Shown: positions 31,561 through 45,307 of the stretch, one piece after another
Position numbering within the stretch: position 1 is the first letter of the stretch
Layout of the letters: each line of letters begins with the position of its first letter
Origin: Bilabrum cf. latius
Lineage: Eukaryota
Reading direction: 5' to 3'
DNA: 64,000 nucleotides
NCBI GenBank assembly: GCA_965178125.1
Contig: OZ237750.1
Location: 868,001-932,000, forward strand
Notes under the pieces: generated by a model
The model's input: only the letters and a program-made list of their open reading frames with translations
The model's database searches: none
Told to the model about the DNA's origin: nothing
Made by a program: the position numbers and the translations under genes

Positions 31561-34500
31561 ATGTCTAAAGTATTGGAAGCTCTCATTGCACGGGGGCGCA
31601 GGGTACGGCGAGAGGCTGAGCAGCGAGAGGTTGCGTTTGGACTTGCTGATCTGTCTACGCACCCGGAAACCCACGTCAAGATGGTGCGAAAGGGTGCTGT
31701 CCGAACGCTGATGCATTTGGTGGAGAACTCTGGAGACGCGGAAGCCCAGCGATTTGCCGCTCTTGCTCTGGGAAACGTAGCTGCCAGCGAGGACAATAGG
31801 ATCCCGATCGCCGAGGAGGGCGTGATACCCCCGCTGTGTGCTGTGGTGCTGAATCCAGACCGCCCACTCGCAGGTCGATAGTACTGTGCCTTAGTTCTAG
31901 GCAATCTGGCCAGCGAGGCCGAGAACCACGACGAGCTGGTGAAGGCCGGGGCGATTGCGGCGTGCGTGGAGCTGATGCGGAGCGAGGAGGACCTGCCGGG
32001 CCGGTATGCCGCCTTCTGCCTGTCCAATATTGCGTCCAACCCGGAGCACAGGGCTCAAATCGTTGCCGAGGGCGCAGTCGCGCCCCTCGTCGGCGTGGCC
32101 TGCTGCGAGACCCTGGACGCCCAGCGGGCCGCCCTCACCGCCCTGCGCGCCATCGGCATCACGCCCGAGTACCGCCCCAAGATCGTCGCGGAGGGCGTGC
32201 TGGATGCGCTCATCGTGCTGGGGAACATGCGCATCAAGGAGGTCAGCAGGGAGGTGGCCGCCTCCATGAACTCGCTCAGCGCGGTCGAGGAGAACAAGGC
32301 CGAGATCGCCGACAGGTGCATCCGGACCATGACGGACCTTGCCCTCAGCGCGGACTTGGAGACGGAGCGACAGGTCGTGTGCGCGCTGGCCAACCTGTGC
32401 GAGGCTCCAGACCTGCACGAGCGGCTGGTGGACGAGGACCTCCTCACCACCACCACACCGCTGATCCGATCCGACGACTTGCACACCAGGGGGGAGGCAT
32501 GCAGGCTGCTGGCCAACCTGGCCGCCAACGCCGACATGCAGAGGGGCATCATGACATCGGTCGGCGTGGAGCCGCTCGTGGGCGCGCTGGGCACCCCCGA
32601 CCCCCTATGCCACCGCTTCGCGGCGCTGGCGCTGGCCAACTTGTCCACTAACATCACGCACCAGATCAAGATCGTGTCCGAGGGGGCAGTGCGGGCCATC
32701 GTGGAGCTGGCGGGTGGGGCCGACAGGGAGCTGGAGGCGCGGCGCTACGCCGTGCTGGGCATGGCCAACCTGGCGGCCACCACGGGCAACCACCCCGCCC
32801 TACTCGACGAGGGCGCGCTGCACGCACTCTTTGCGATGAGCAACGCAGCGGACGAATTGTCCCAGTACTACGTGGCCTTTGCGCTGTCCAATCTGGCTTC
32901 CAACCCGGACAATCACGTGGCCATTGTGGAGGAGGGCGGGCTGTAGCCCCTCATCGCCCTCTCCTACTCAGACGACCCGGAGACGCACCACCAGGCCGTG
33001 GCCGCACTGCGAGGCCTCTCCGTGAACGACGACAACAAGCTCAAGATCGTTCAGGAGGGAGGGCTCGAGCCGCTGGCCATGCTGCTGCGGTCCACGGACG
33101 TCGAGACGCAGCGCGAGGTGACGGCCTCGCTCTGCAACCTGGCCCTGTCGGACGAGAACAAGTACGAGTTGTCCAAGAGCGGGGCCATCCCTGCACTCAT
33201 TGCGAGGGCGCAGAGCGAGGACTCCGAGGTGGCCAGGCAGGCGTGCGCCGCACTCGCCAACATGTGCGAGATGCCGGAGATCCAGTCCAGGGTGGCCGAG
33301 GAGGGCGCCGTGCAGCCCGTGATCGCCGTCATGCGATCGCCTTTCGTAGAGGTGCAGAGGGAGGCGGGCAGGTGCCTGGCGAACTTGGGGGCGCACCGCG
33401 GGAACCACCCCCAGATCGTGCAGGAGGGCGGGCACCAGCTCCTGATCAGCTACCTGCTGTCGCCCGACACGGCATGCCAGCGGGTGGGTGCCCTTGGCAT
33501 CGAGAACCTCGCCACGAACCCCGAGCTGCGCGTTCTGCTGGTGGACGCCGGGTGCCTGGAGCCGCTCATGAGTCTTGCCCGCAGCGAGGACGTGGAGGTG
33601 GAGATCCAGCGGTTCTCCGTGCTGGCGCTGGCAAACATTGGGACTGCTCCTGCGAACCACGAGTCGATGCTGGAGGAGGGCACGCTGCCGCTGCTCATCT
33701 CGCTGTCCAGCCATCCGGACGAGGAGATCCGGCAGTACGCGGCGTTTGCCCTCGTCAAGATCGGGCACAACGCCGAGGTGCGCAGGCGCATCACCGAGGA
33801 GGGCGGGCTGGAGCCCGTGCTGTACCTGGCCCGCACGGACGACGCCGAGGTGCACCTCGAGGTGCTCCCGGCCATCACCACGCTCTCGTTCGCGGACGCC
33901 AACAAGATTGAGATCGCCAAGAGCGGGGGCCTGGATCCGATCGTGTCGCTGATGAGGCACCCGGAACCCTCCGTGCTGCGGCAGGCGTGCGCCGCACTGG
34001 CCAACCTGGCCGAGGTGGTGAGCAATCAGGTCCGGATCGTGGAGGCTGGAGGGCTGCCCCCGCTCGTGGAGTGCCTGCACTCGGACGAGGACGTGGTGCT
34101 GCGGGAGGCGGCTCGCGCCGTGGGCAACCTTGCTGCCAATTGCGATTTCGGGCGCGTGTTCTTCAAGCTGGGCGTTGTCCCGCTGCTGCTGCGCATGGCT
34201 CGTTCTGACGACGTGGGTTCGCAGAGGATGGGCTGCTTCGCGCTGTCAAATGTCGCTACCAACGTGCGCAACCAGGGCCCCATGATCGAGCAGGGCGTGC
34301 TGGACCCGCTCGTGGAGATCGTGAAGCGCGGCTTGGACCCGGCCGCGGCTGGGGACAGCGAGGCAGAGAGGTACGCGCTGCTGTGCCTGTCCAACCTGTG
34401 CGCCACGCCCGAGAACCACGCCCGGGTGATGGAGGCCGCGCTGGACCACATGGTGGCGTATACCAAGGGGGCAGATCTCAGGTCGAGGCACCACGCGGTC

Positions 34501-37500
34501 TTCGCTCTGGGCAACCTGGCTTCTCAGCAGGCGCACGCGGATGCCATGGTGGAGCGGGGCGTGGTGCACGCGGGCGTGAGCTTCTCTTTCCCTGGCGACC
34601 TGAACGCGCAATTCCAGGCGGTTGCCATGATCCGAGGACTCAGCGTGCTGCCGCACCTGCGCGTGGAGATTATGCGCGCGAACGCCCTGGAGCCGCTCAT
34701 CCTGGCCGCCGACAGCGAGAGCATCGAGGTGCAGAGGGAGGTGGCGGCGGCCCTGGCCAACCTAGCAATGGCCGAGGAGAACAAGATCAGCATCGCGGAG
34801 AGGGGAGGGCTCCCGGCCCTTGTCAAGCTGGCGCGGTCCAGGGACAGGGAGAGGGAGCGGTTCAGCACGGCGGCCATCGCCAACGTGGCAGAGATGCTGG
34901 ACGGCAGGGCCCACGGGCTGCTCATCAACGAGGGCGGGCTGGATGCAGTCCTTGGGCTAGTGGAGACTCCCCTCGAGGAGGTCAAGCGGGAGGTGGCCCG
35001 CACCCTCGCCCTGTTCGCTTCAAGGGAGGACTCGCACCAGGCTCTGATGCGGGCCGGCGGTCACGAGCGTCTCATGAGCTTCCTGCGATCCAAAGACACG
35101 CTGTGCGCGCGCTTTGCGGCTCTAGGGGTGGGAAACCTCGCCCTGGTGCCCGCAGCGCACGCCCACATCCTGCACCGGCCAGCCATGGCTGCGTTGGTGT
35201 CGCTCGCGGACGCGGATGATGTGGAGACGCGCCGGTGCGTCGCATTCGCGCTCAACAACCTGTCCACGAACGAGGCGAACCACGGCCTTCTGGAGCGAGT
35301 GGGCGTGGCAAAGCCGCTCATCTCACTGGCCGCTCGCTTCGACGACACGGACACGCACCTGCAGGCTGTGATCGGGCTGCGGCACCTCGCACTGCACCCC
35401 AAGTGCCGTGTGGACGTCGTGGCGATGGGCGGGCTGGCCCCGCTCCTCGAGCTGGCTTCGTTGGCGAGCGCTCCTCTGGAGGTGGGCAGGGAGGTCACCT
35501 GCGCGCTGCGGAACATATCGCTGAGCGAGTCTGGGAAGGTGGCCCTACAGCGGGCGGGTCTGCTGCCTGTCCTGCTGGCCCTCGCCAGGCAGGGAGACGT
35601 GGAGATGGCGCACCAAGCCCTCGGCGTGGTTGCCAACATGGCCGAGGTCCTGGAGAACCAGACACCCATGGTGGAGGCGGGCACCCTGCAGCACCTCAAG
35701 TTCATGCTTGCCCACGAGAGCATGGAGGTGCAGCGCGAGGCTGCGCGCGCGCTGGGCAACCTGTCGGCAGAGTTCGCTCAAACGCAGCAGCTGGCGGCCA
35801 CGGGCGCATTCCCACCGCTGGTCCGCGCGCTGGCGTGTCCTGATGCCTTGGTGCAGCGGTACGCCACCATGGGCATCGCCAACCTGGCGGCCACGCAGGC
35901 CAACCAGCGGCGGATCATAGACGAGGGCGCGCTTCCCGCTCTCATCGACCTGGCGCAGCTCAAGAACGGAGACCAGGACAGCTAGCGGTACGCCACCATT
36001 GCCCTGTGCAATGTGGCCGCCAACCCTGAGACACACGGCGCGCTCATACAGAGCGGTGCACACGTCCTGCTGGTATCGGCGTGCGGCGCGGACGACGTGG
36101 AGTGCCGGAATGCGGCCGTGCATGGGGTGGCCAACCTGGCCTCGGTGCCCACAAACCACCAGGAGATCATGGCGCAGCAGCCGCTCATCAACCTCATCCG
36201 GTGCGCGGGGCTCACGGACGACGAGTGCAAGCTGTACGCCATTGCGGCCCTCCGCGGGCTCTCGATCACGTCCGAGATCAGGGACGACATCGTGAGCGCG
36301 GGCGGGATGGACGCTCTGCTGCAGCTGACGCACCACGACGATGCCGCGCTGCAGAAAGAGGTGCTCGCCTGCCTCTGCAACCTGTCCCTGTCCGGGTACG
36401 TGGGGGCGCAGGCGGAGAGGTTTGTGGCGTCCACGCCGGTGGCTTCGATGGTCAACTTCCTCTGTAGCGCGGACGCGACCTACCGGCTGTTCGGCGCGCT
36501 TACTCTCGGTAATGTGGCGTCCAAGGAGGACGCCGGCGAGGAGATCATGGGCATGGGCGCGCTGGCGTCGCTCGTGTCGGTGGCAAACGCGTCGGACGCG
36601 GAAACGCAGCGGTGCATCGCGTACTCGCTGTGCAACCTTGCGGCCACGGACAGCCACCGCCGCTCCATCGTCACGGAAGGCGGACTGGTGCCCATCGTGG
36701 CACTGGCTTGTTGCGAGGATGAGGGTGACCAGCTGGCCGCGCACAGCACCCTCCGTGCCCTGGCCAGCGACCCTCTAAACCGCGTGGCAATCGTGCGGGA
36801 GGGTGCCATGGAGGCGCTCTGCGAGTCTGGCTCCAAGTGCACAGACGTGAACGTGCTCATCGAGGTGGCGCAGTGCGCCTGCGCTCTCGGGCTGGCCGAG
36901 AAGAACAAGACCACCATGTCAGAGTCGGAGCTGCTGCCGGTGCTCGTGCGCCTGGCCTCGCACACGGACCCGAGGGTTGCCTCGTTCGCGGCCGGTGCGC
37001 TCGCAAACCTGGCCGAGAACGTGACCACGCACGCATCCATTGTCGGCGACACGCGCTGCGTGGAGCGGTTTTGCATGCTGGTGGACCCGGCTGCCCGGCG
37101 GGGCCGCCTGATGGAGTGGCTCCAGCGCGCATCCGCGGGCTGCGGTGCCATCGAGGGCATGCTCAAGGAGAGGGAGGACGCGGGTGGGCTGGCGAGGCCC
37201 GGAGGACCTGGCGCCAAGGTGGTGGACAACGTGGCAGAGGCTGAGACTGCTGTGCAGAGGCTGCAGGCCGCTCTGGTGGGGCAGGCCACAGCCGGGGGCT
37301 CGGCCTCGGCGGCTCGTGCGGGCAGGTCGGCCTCCGGGGCTGCCTCTGGGGATAGGGCCGACGTGGCTGCGCTGGCGATCGCCTCGGGCGAAGAGGCCAA
37401 AGCAGGTGCGGCCGAAGCCATGAGCGGGCTGGATCCTACTCGGCCTGGCATTGGGGAGTCGGAGCTGGGTGCGTCCATGACGCCGGATGAGACCAGACAG

Positions 37501-40500
37501 GCCGTGTGGGCGGCGGCAGACATGGACGACCTACAGATCATCATCGCTGCGGCTGCGGACACAAACTACGCCGCCAATGTGGTGTTGCTGCGTCGCGAGT
37601 GCGCCCGGTGCATCGCCAACCTCGCCACGAGACACCCCACCCACGGGCACCTTGTGGCCAAGGGCGTCTTCGACGCGGTGGCCCTGGCGCTGGGAGATGG
37701 TGACCCGGGCGTGCGTCATTTCGCGGCCATGGCTGCGTCCAACCTGACTACCCGCAAGACGCACCACGAGCGGGCGTGCGACCCTCGCTGCGAGCTGGTG
37801 GAGAAGCTTGTGGGACAGGCAATCGGCTTCTAGCCGCCGGCCCCCAGCAATATGGAGGGGGAGCCATCCCCTATGGCAAGGCGGTACGCGTGCCTGGCCC
37901 TGGGCAACCTGGCCATGCGTGGCGAATTCAACGTTCACCTTCGCGAGGCCGGCTGCGTAGAGTCGCTCGTCTCCTCCCTCGCCGAGGAGCACGAGATCGA
38001 GACGAGGTTCCACGCGGCCTACGCGCTCGCCAAGCTGGGTCAGGATCCTTCCGTGCACGAGGACATCGCCACGGACGAGCACGCCATCCCTAGGCTCGTC
38101 GCGCTCATGGATGCTGATGACGCGCCTGCCACGTGCCAGGCAATTTCTGCCCTTCGGAGGCTGGCTGAGAACGCCGTCGTGCGGCCAAGGATCGTGGAAC
38201 AAGGCATATTGGACTCGCTGGTGCGCAGCGCCAAGCTCAAGGCCGTGGAGATCCAGCGAGAGACGGCTGGCTGCATGAGCAACCTAGCTCTGGACGACAG
38301 CAACAAGGCGGCCATGGCCAGGCACCCCGTGCTCAAGTCGTGCATCTCTTTGTGCAAGGTGGCCGACATCGAGGCCTCGAGGCACGCCACGGGCTGCCTT
38401 GCAAATCTGGCGGAGGACGCCGTGACGCACGACGCTCTGTGCGAGGAGGCCGGCGTGCACTTCTTGGTGCAGCTGATGTGGTCCAAGCACCTCAGCACTT
38501 ACAGGGAGGCCACGCGAGCAGTCGCAAATGTGCTGGCCACGCAGAATCCCGTCCACCGGCTGTTTCGTGACGAGGGTGGCGCAAGGGCGCTGGTCAGGGT
38601 AGCGCGCATCAGCGACGACCCGCCGCTCCGGTACTGCGTGGCGCTCGCGTACAGAAACCTGTGCTGCAACCCTGAGAACCACCCGACGCTGGTGACCAAC
38701 AGCGCCGCAGAGCCGCTCATGGGCATCTGCGTGGAGGGTGCGCACGTCAGCACCAGGGTGCATGCCGCCACTGCGCTGCGTGATCTCTGCAGCAACCCGG
38801 CCTTCAAGCTCAAGCTCGAGGAGGCGGGTGCCCCGCACGCCCTCACCTCGCTCATGGAGGCGGACGAGGTGGCGCTCCGAGCTCTGGGAGCCGCGGGCGT
38901 GCGGTACCTGTCGCTCAAGCCGGTGCTCAAATCGAAGCTCGTGCGCGCAATGCCGGACTGGAAGGGATTCGGCGCCGCGGGGGCAAAGGATGGCAGTGGC
39001 GCCATGGTCGCGACTGCAGGGGCGCGCAGGCCTAGGGCCAGCTCCGTGCTGCTCGCGCTGCTTGGCTGCGCAGACGCTGCCCTGGCCACGACCCCTCACG
39101 GGACCGACCTGCAGATCCATACGGCCGGCGCCATCGCCTCGCTGGCCGAGCGCACCGACCTGCACGAGGAGCTCCTCGAGGGCGGCGCCTTCCTGGCACT
39201 GGCTGCGCTGGCCAGGGTGCCGCACGAGTCGTGTCGCCGAGAGGCTGCCTGCGCCTTTGCCCGGCTTAGCACGAACGGCGAGCTGCACCCCCTCGGCGTG
39301 ATCCCCGAGGAGGCCCTCAAGGCCTTGTGCAACCTCCTGACCTCCCCCGAGCAGCTCTGTGGGAGGTACGCCGCCATGGCCATGGGCAACCTGGCCGTGC
39401 TGCGAGACAACCAGCTCGCGTTCGCCAGGCTCGGAGCCGTGCCCCCGCTCGTGTCGCTGTTGTCCTCGCCGTACGCCGACGTGCAGCACTACTCGGCCAG
39501 GGCACTGGCTCGGCTGGGCGGATGCCTAGAGAACGCCGCGCTCATTCGGGTAGAGGGCTCTATACGGCCACTGTGCGAGATGCTTGCCAGCCGGCACGAA
39601 CCGACGCAGCGCTCGGCTGCCATGGCACTGTGCAACTTGTGCTGCGATGCGAACAACTGCGCGGCGCTGGCGCACTACGGGGGCCTCGAGGCGATGGCGG
39701 TACTGGTGAAGGCACCTCTACCTGGCACGCTGTAGAACCCCAACTTCGATGAGGATGATGATGATGATGATGAGGACGAGCGATAGGGCGGAGCTGCTGC
39801 GGCTGCTGGTGCGGGCGAGACGGAAGGGAAGGGTGGCGCGGGCGCTTCGGAAAGCAAAGATGCAGACGAGGAAGCCGCCGCCGATGGTTCAGATGAACAA
39901 TCTGGCGCGCAGGAGAAATCAATCGCGGATCGGATCAAGTACAGCTCCGTGGCAGTCAAGCGGTACGCCGTGATGGCCATGAGCAACCTGTCCGCCGAGC
40001 GGGACATGCAGCCGCTGGTCGTGCAAGCCGAGTGCATCCGCCCCATGGTGCACCTGTGCAACACCACGGCTGACCCGGACACGCGCCGCTTCGCCGCCAC
40101 GACTTTGGCCAACCTGGGCTCGCACGAGAAGAACCGCCGTCGGCTGGTCCTGGCAGGCGCCCTCGAGGCGCTGGTGCACCTGTCCAAGTCGGGGAGCATC
40201 GAGTGCCAGCGGGCAGCGGCCATGGGTCTGTACAACCTCAGTAGGGAGGCCTCCAACCTCCGGGACATGGTGCGCGAGGGCGGCAGCCAGGCGCTCATCA
40301 GCAGGGCGGGCTCGCCCGACCTGGACGTGCGGCGCTACTCTGTGATGACCCTGTGCAACCTCGCGGCCAACGAGGACACGCGCATGGGGGCCACGCGAGG
40401 GGGCGGCCTGCAGGCCATGTCGGTGGCGGCCACGGACGACGACGACGAGGTGCGGCGTTACGCCCTCGTGGGCCTCTGCAACATGGCCATCTCGGAGGAG

Positions 40501-43500
40501 ATGCAGGTGCAGGTGGTGGTGCACGGGGGCCTCAAGGCCATCCTAGAGGGCGCCAACGCAGAGGACGACGACGACCTGAACCGGCATGCGCTCATGGCTC
40601 TGGGTAACATCAGCTCGAATGAGGAGAATCTGGACGAGCTGCTTGACAGGAACGTGATCGGAACGTGCATCCGCCACGGCCTGCCCGCCACGCAGGTCGA
40701 GCCGGACACAAGGCAGTACGCAGGCTTCGTGCTTGCCAACCTCACAGCCCACTCGTATTTGCTGGAGGAGCTGGGGGAACAAGGAGCCATCGGGTGCCTC
40801 GCGGAGCTGGCCAGCGCCGACGACGGCAACGTGCGGTGCTTGGGCGTGACCGCTCTGCGCCGCATGGCGGACACGGGCCGCAACCGCCGGCGCATCATCA
40901 AGGAGCACGGCGACATGGTCCGCGAGGCCCTGTCTCGGGCCAGTCGGTCGGCTCACGTGGAGACGCAGCGCGAGACGGCTGCCTGCGCCAGCAACCTGGC
41001 TCTGGACGAAGAGAACAAGGCGGACCTGGCGGCGCATGAGGGCCTCCTCAGGGGCATCATTGGGCTGTGCCAGAGCCCCGACCAGGAGGCCGCCCGGTTC
41101 GCGTGCTCTGCGCTGGCCGGCATATCGGAGGATCTGTCGACGCACGACGCGGTGACGAGGTGCGGAGGCGGCTCGTTCATGATCGGCCTCATCCACCACG
41201 AGGGCGTGGATGTGCACAGGGAGGCCTCGCGGGCGCTGGCCAACCTCATGTCATCCTTCGATACGCACCCTGACGTGATTGCTGCCGCGCTGCCCGGCCT
41301 CGTGGTCCTTGCCCAGAGCACCGACGAGGAGTGCCGTAGGCACGCAGCGCTGGCCTACCGCAAGCTGGCCCCCAACCTGGCCTCCCACGAGGGCGTGGCC
41401 AAGACAGGGGGCCTCGCGGCGGTGCTGGCGCTCACCGCGGTTCGAGACCATGGCACCCGTCGGCAGGCCGCCATCGCCCTTAGGGACCTGTGCGCGAACC
41501 CGGACCTCAAGCCGAGGCTGGCGCAGGAGGGCGCCACTGGCTCTCTGTTTGCGCTGGCGAGGGACCCTTCCCCCGAGCTGCAGTGCGCGGCCATGGCTGG
41601 CCTGCGGCACCTGTCAATGGACGACAGGCTCAAGGGAGGGATCGTGCACGAGGGGGCCGCCTCGGTCGTGCTGCGGGTGGCCGACACGAACGTGCCGGAC
41701 ATCCAGGCGCAGGTGTGCGGGCTTCTGGCCAACCTGTCTGAGGACCTCGAGAGCCAGGCATCGCTGGTGGAGGACGGACTCGTGCCCCCGCTGGTGACCC
41801 TGGGCCGCCTGGAGAACGACGAGATCCAGCAGGACGTGGCTCGCGCGCTGGCCAACCTTGCTTCCAACGAGGAGAACCACGTGCCCATGTACCAGCAGGG
41901 CGCCCTGCAGCGCATGTTCTCGCTCACCGACTCGCCCGACGACGTGACCCAGCGGTACGCGGCCATGGGCATCCGGTTCCTCTGCAGCAACGCCATATGC
42001 AGGGTCAGCATCGTGCAGGACGGCGGTAACCTCCGCGCGTTCGTCAACCTCGCGCAGACGCCACTCATCGACTTCCAGCGCACCGCCGCCGTGGCCTTCT
42101 CGAGCTTCTCGCTGGCTCCGGAGAACAGGGCGCTGCTGGTGCGGGAGGGTGGGCTGGCGCAGATACTCGCGTGCCTGCTGTTCCCCGACCTGCAGGTGCA
42201 GCGCGACTGCGCCTTTGCGCTGGCCAACGTGTGCGACTCGGTCGAGCTCCAGGACGCCGTGGTGCGGGAGGGGGCCGTGCCCGTGCTGGTGCAGATCGGG
42301 CTCTCTGACGACGCCAGGGTGCAGCGGGAGGCGGCGAGGTCCTTCAGCTGCCTGTCGCTCACGGACGGACTGAGGAAGCCGCTCGTGGACGCGGGGTCTC
42401 TGGAGACGATCTTCGCCCTGTCGCGGTCCATGGACCTCGCGTGCCAACGGTTTGCGAGCCTGAGCGTCGCAAACCTGGCGGCGGGTGACATCCGGGCCAG
42501 GCTGGTGACGGAGGGTATGACGGGCCCGCTGGTGTTCCTGGCCAGGTTCCCGGACGCGGACGTGCAGAAGTATGCCGCGCTGGCCATGGCGGCCCTGGCC
42601 CTCGGAGACCACGGCGGCAACAAGACGAGGCTGGTGGACGAGGGCGTGGTCAAGCCGCTGGTGGAGCTGTGCAGGTTTCCCAACGTGGAGGTGCAGCGGA
42701 GCGCCACGCTGGCGGTTGCCGCGCTGACGGTCGGTCCCAAGGAGAAGCCCAAGCTGTCGCTCATGGGCGAGGAGGGGCTGCTTCCACTCATCGCGCTCGC
42801 TGCCAGCCAGGACGTGGAGGTGCAGCGCGCCAGCACGTTCGCGGTGGGCTCCCTCGGCGAGTGCAAAGAGGTCCGCGCGAAGCTGGTGGAGCTCGGTGCG
42901 GTCGGGACCATGGTGGAGCAGGGCAGGTTGGCGGGCGACATCGAGACGCGCCGCAACTGCGGGTACTTTCTGGCGGAGATCTCCGAGTCGCCCGAGTTCC
43001 ACGACGAGCTGGTGCACGAGGGCGGGCTCAAGACGCTCGTGTACCACGCCGGCCTCGAGGACGACGAGGTGCAGGAGTACGCCGCCTTTTCCCTCGCGCA
43101 CGTGGCCTCCAACCGGGAGTACCAGGTGCCTGTGGTCAAGGCCGGCGCACTGGAGCCGCTCGTTTCCATGATGAGCGTGCACGCCAAGCCTAGGAACTAC
43201 GCGGGGCTGGCGCTCCTCAAGCTGGCAGACAACTTCGAGTGCCACCTGCCCATTGCAGAGGCGGGCGGCGTGCAGGCGCTGCTCCGTCTGGCTCGGTCCA
43301 AGAGCAGCGACTCGGAGCTGGCCTACAAGGCAGCCCTGTCCGTGGGGCACCTGGCCACCAACGCGGTCAGGCTGCTGCCCAAGGGGGTGCTCGCGCCCAA
43401 GGGGGGCTTCGCGGGGGATGGGAACACCGGGCCCGGGAGCACGGGGGGGGATGCCATGGAGGTTCGCACAGCGGGGCCCAGGCGGAGGGGAGGGGCAGCG

Positions 43501-43710
43501 CGCCGCGAGGAAGACGCAGAGTTTGCTGGGGAGAGGCTGCAGTCCGCCCCTGGCATGGGTGCCATGGGTGGTGCAGGAGATGAAAGTGGCGATGGCGCAG
43601 CGGCCGGCGGTGCGGCGGACCTGCCCGTTGGCTCGATCGTAAGAACACACGCCGAGGAGCGCGCCAAGGATTTCCTCGACCGGGCGACTTCCAGGGTCGG
43701 TGGGAGTTGA
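31561..43710 (+). CDS. Giant armadillo-repeat protein (Vac8-like annotation class), about 4049 aa, intronless
   Basis: Dozens of ARM repeats (GGLxPLxxL...QRxAxxALxNL). Six ORF-track pieces in one frame joined by TAG at 31879, 32944, 35983, 37831, 39733 and 39784; ends at TGA. Confidence 0.9.
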
Positions 43711-43907
43711 GATCGGGATGAAGCATGCGTGAAGCCATTGAAGTGACTGTGTGTGCGTTATCGCGTAAAAACAGGCAGTAGACTACTACTTTTCACTCCT
43801 GTTTCACTCCTGTGCAAGTGTGAGTTATGCATTAGTAACCTCTAGTCGAATTGAACCTCGACAGCATCCTTGCCAGTGGTGACTACTTCCCGAACCATAT
43901 TGTTACA

Positions 43908-45307
43908 TCAAGGGCTGTGCTCGAATTGGTTCCAGACTACACTGCCTAGATCCCCGCTGCGACCGCCAGCCAGAGAGATCGTCCTGACAGTATTCTCTGG
44001 CACGAATCCATTGGCGCCGATTGAAGCCATTTCCTCTCTCTCTACGCGCCTGGCAAATAGTACAATTCCTTCCATTTCTCTTGCTGACATGACATCAGCG
44101 CCGTCTTCTACAAAAGAGCTCGAGCTCTAGCTGCTGAGCTGGCTGCTCCGACGCGTGCCAAGAGATGGTCGCTAGGTCTACCCTGGGGCACGAAAGCCCT
44201 ACCCAACGTAAGGAGCCGCGTGATCGAGATGTCCCGATTGAGCATCCTACTTGGCGGAAATGTGGGCCTCCACCGGCGGGCTAACCCGCTCTCTCATTGC
44301 ACCCTGCAGTCCTGCGAAGGGGTCGCCCGACGGCCGTGCGACTCTCACGGAGCCCGTCACGGAGAACTTGCGGTATATCGGGAGGAGAGGGCTGCGGCGG
44401 TGCAGCACATGCTATAGCTGCATGGACTTCGACTGCCTTACGATGCTAGGGGACTCATCTGCGACTCGAAGGGGGCCACCACGGCCCTGCCGCCCGGCAG
44501 AGACGGGGCGTCCTCCCCACCTGGTCATCCCTGTAATGCCACTGGCACTGGCGCTGGCACTGGCAGCCCCCCTCGCAATGGGTACAATTCTCGCTATGAT
44601 ACGATCTGGTCCGTCAAGGTATGGGCTACCAACGATGCCTGCGCCGCTACCGCCACCCTCGCTGCCCTCTGCCAGCGAACCCTATCGGCCAGCGGTCACC
44701 GGCGGACGGTCGGGCGTCTCGCCTCCGCTGCCATTCGAAGCCCCGGCGGCAACCCACGTGTGCTGCCCGGGGCGGAGAGACGGCAATACATGCATGGGTA
44801 GCATGACCAGCTGCTTGCTGTTTGTCTTCGCACGCCTACACTCATCAGCCTCAACGAGCGAAATGCCTGACGAGGACCCGGCAGGGACGGGGATATCTGG
44901 CGTTGCACGAGAAACCCTATCGAGAGCTTCAGGATGCAGCTGATTCAAAGAAGGGCGTCGAGGCATGAACCCAAGAGCTCTTCGTGTGACAAAATCCTTC
45001 GGGCATGCCTTCCTGCGGCTATCGTGCCCGCATGGCTCCGTCCACCTCTTGCCCGGCACGATATCGGCACTAACATCTCGCGCGGAAGTATCGCCGACCC
45101 CTGCTGTGCCCCGCGATTCGGATGTAATCGCCAGATTCTCCGTGGACGAAGATCTGTATGCTGGAAGTTCACCGAGTGGTTTCTGCTAATTGCCTTGATT
45201 TTGCCAACCGAAGGAATCTGCACTATCGCGACCCTCGTCTGGTGGCGACGGTCGCAACCTGGAATTCGCTTGCCTGGCTAAAACACTCTCCGCACACTAC
45301 ACCCCCC
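43908..45307 (-). CDS. Orphan low-complexity protein A (terminal exon; 5' exons unresolved) with the shared C-terminal motif
   Basis: Candidate acceptor ctttcAG at 45308-45310. Frame open to TGA 43908 except TAG at 45297, 45186, 44682, 44412, 44247, 44199, 44178, 44172 and 44127. Ends MEGIVLFARRVEREEMASIGANGFVPE...GDLGSVVWNQFEHSP. Confidence 0.55.

Noticed and set aside
41355-43650. Long antisense ORFs (610 and 678 aa), and similar ones at 58265..60421, 1703..3307, 29399..31069 and 51244..52863
   Set aside because: Shadow ORFs expected opposite GC3-rich coding sequence; no recognisable motifs.
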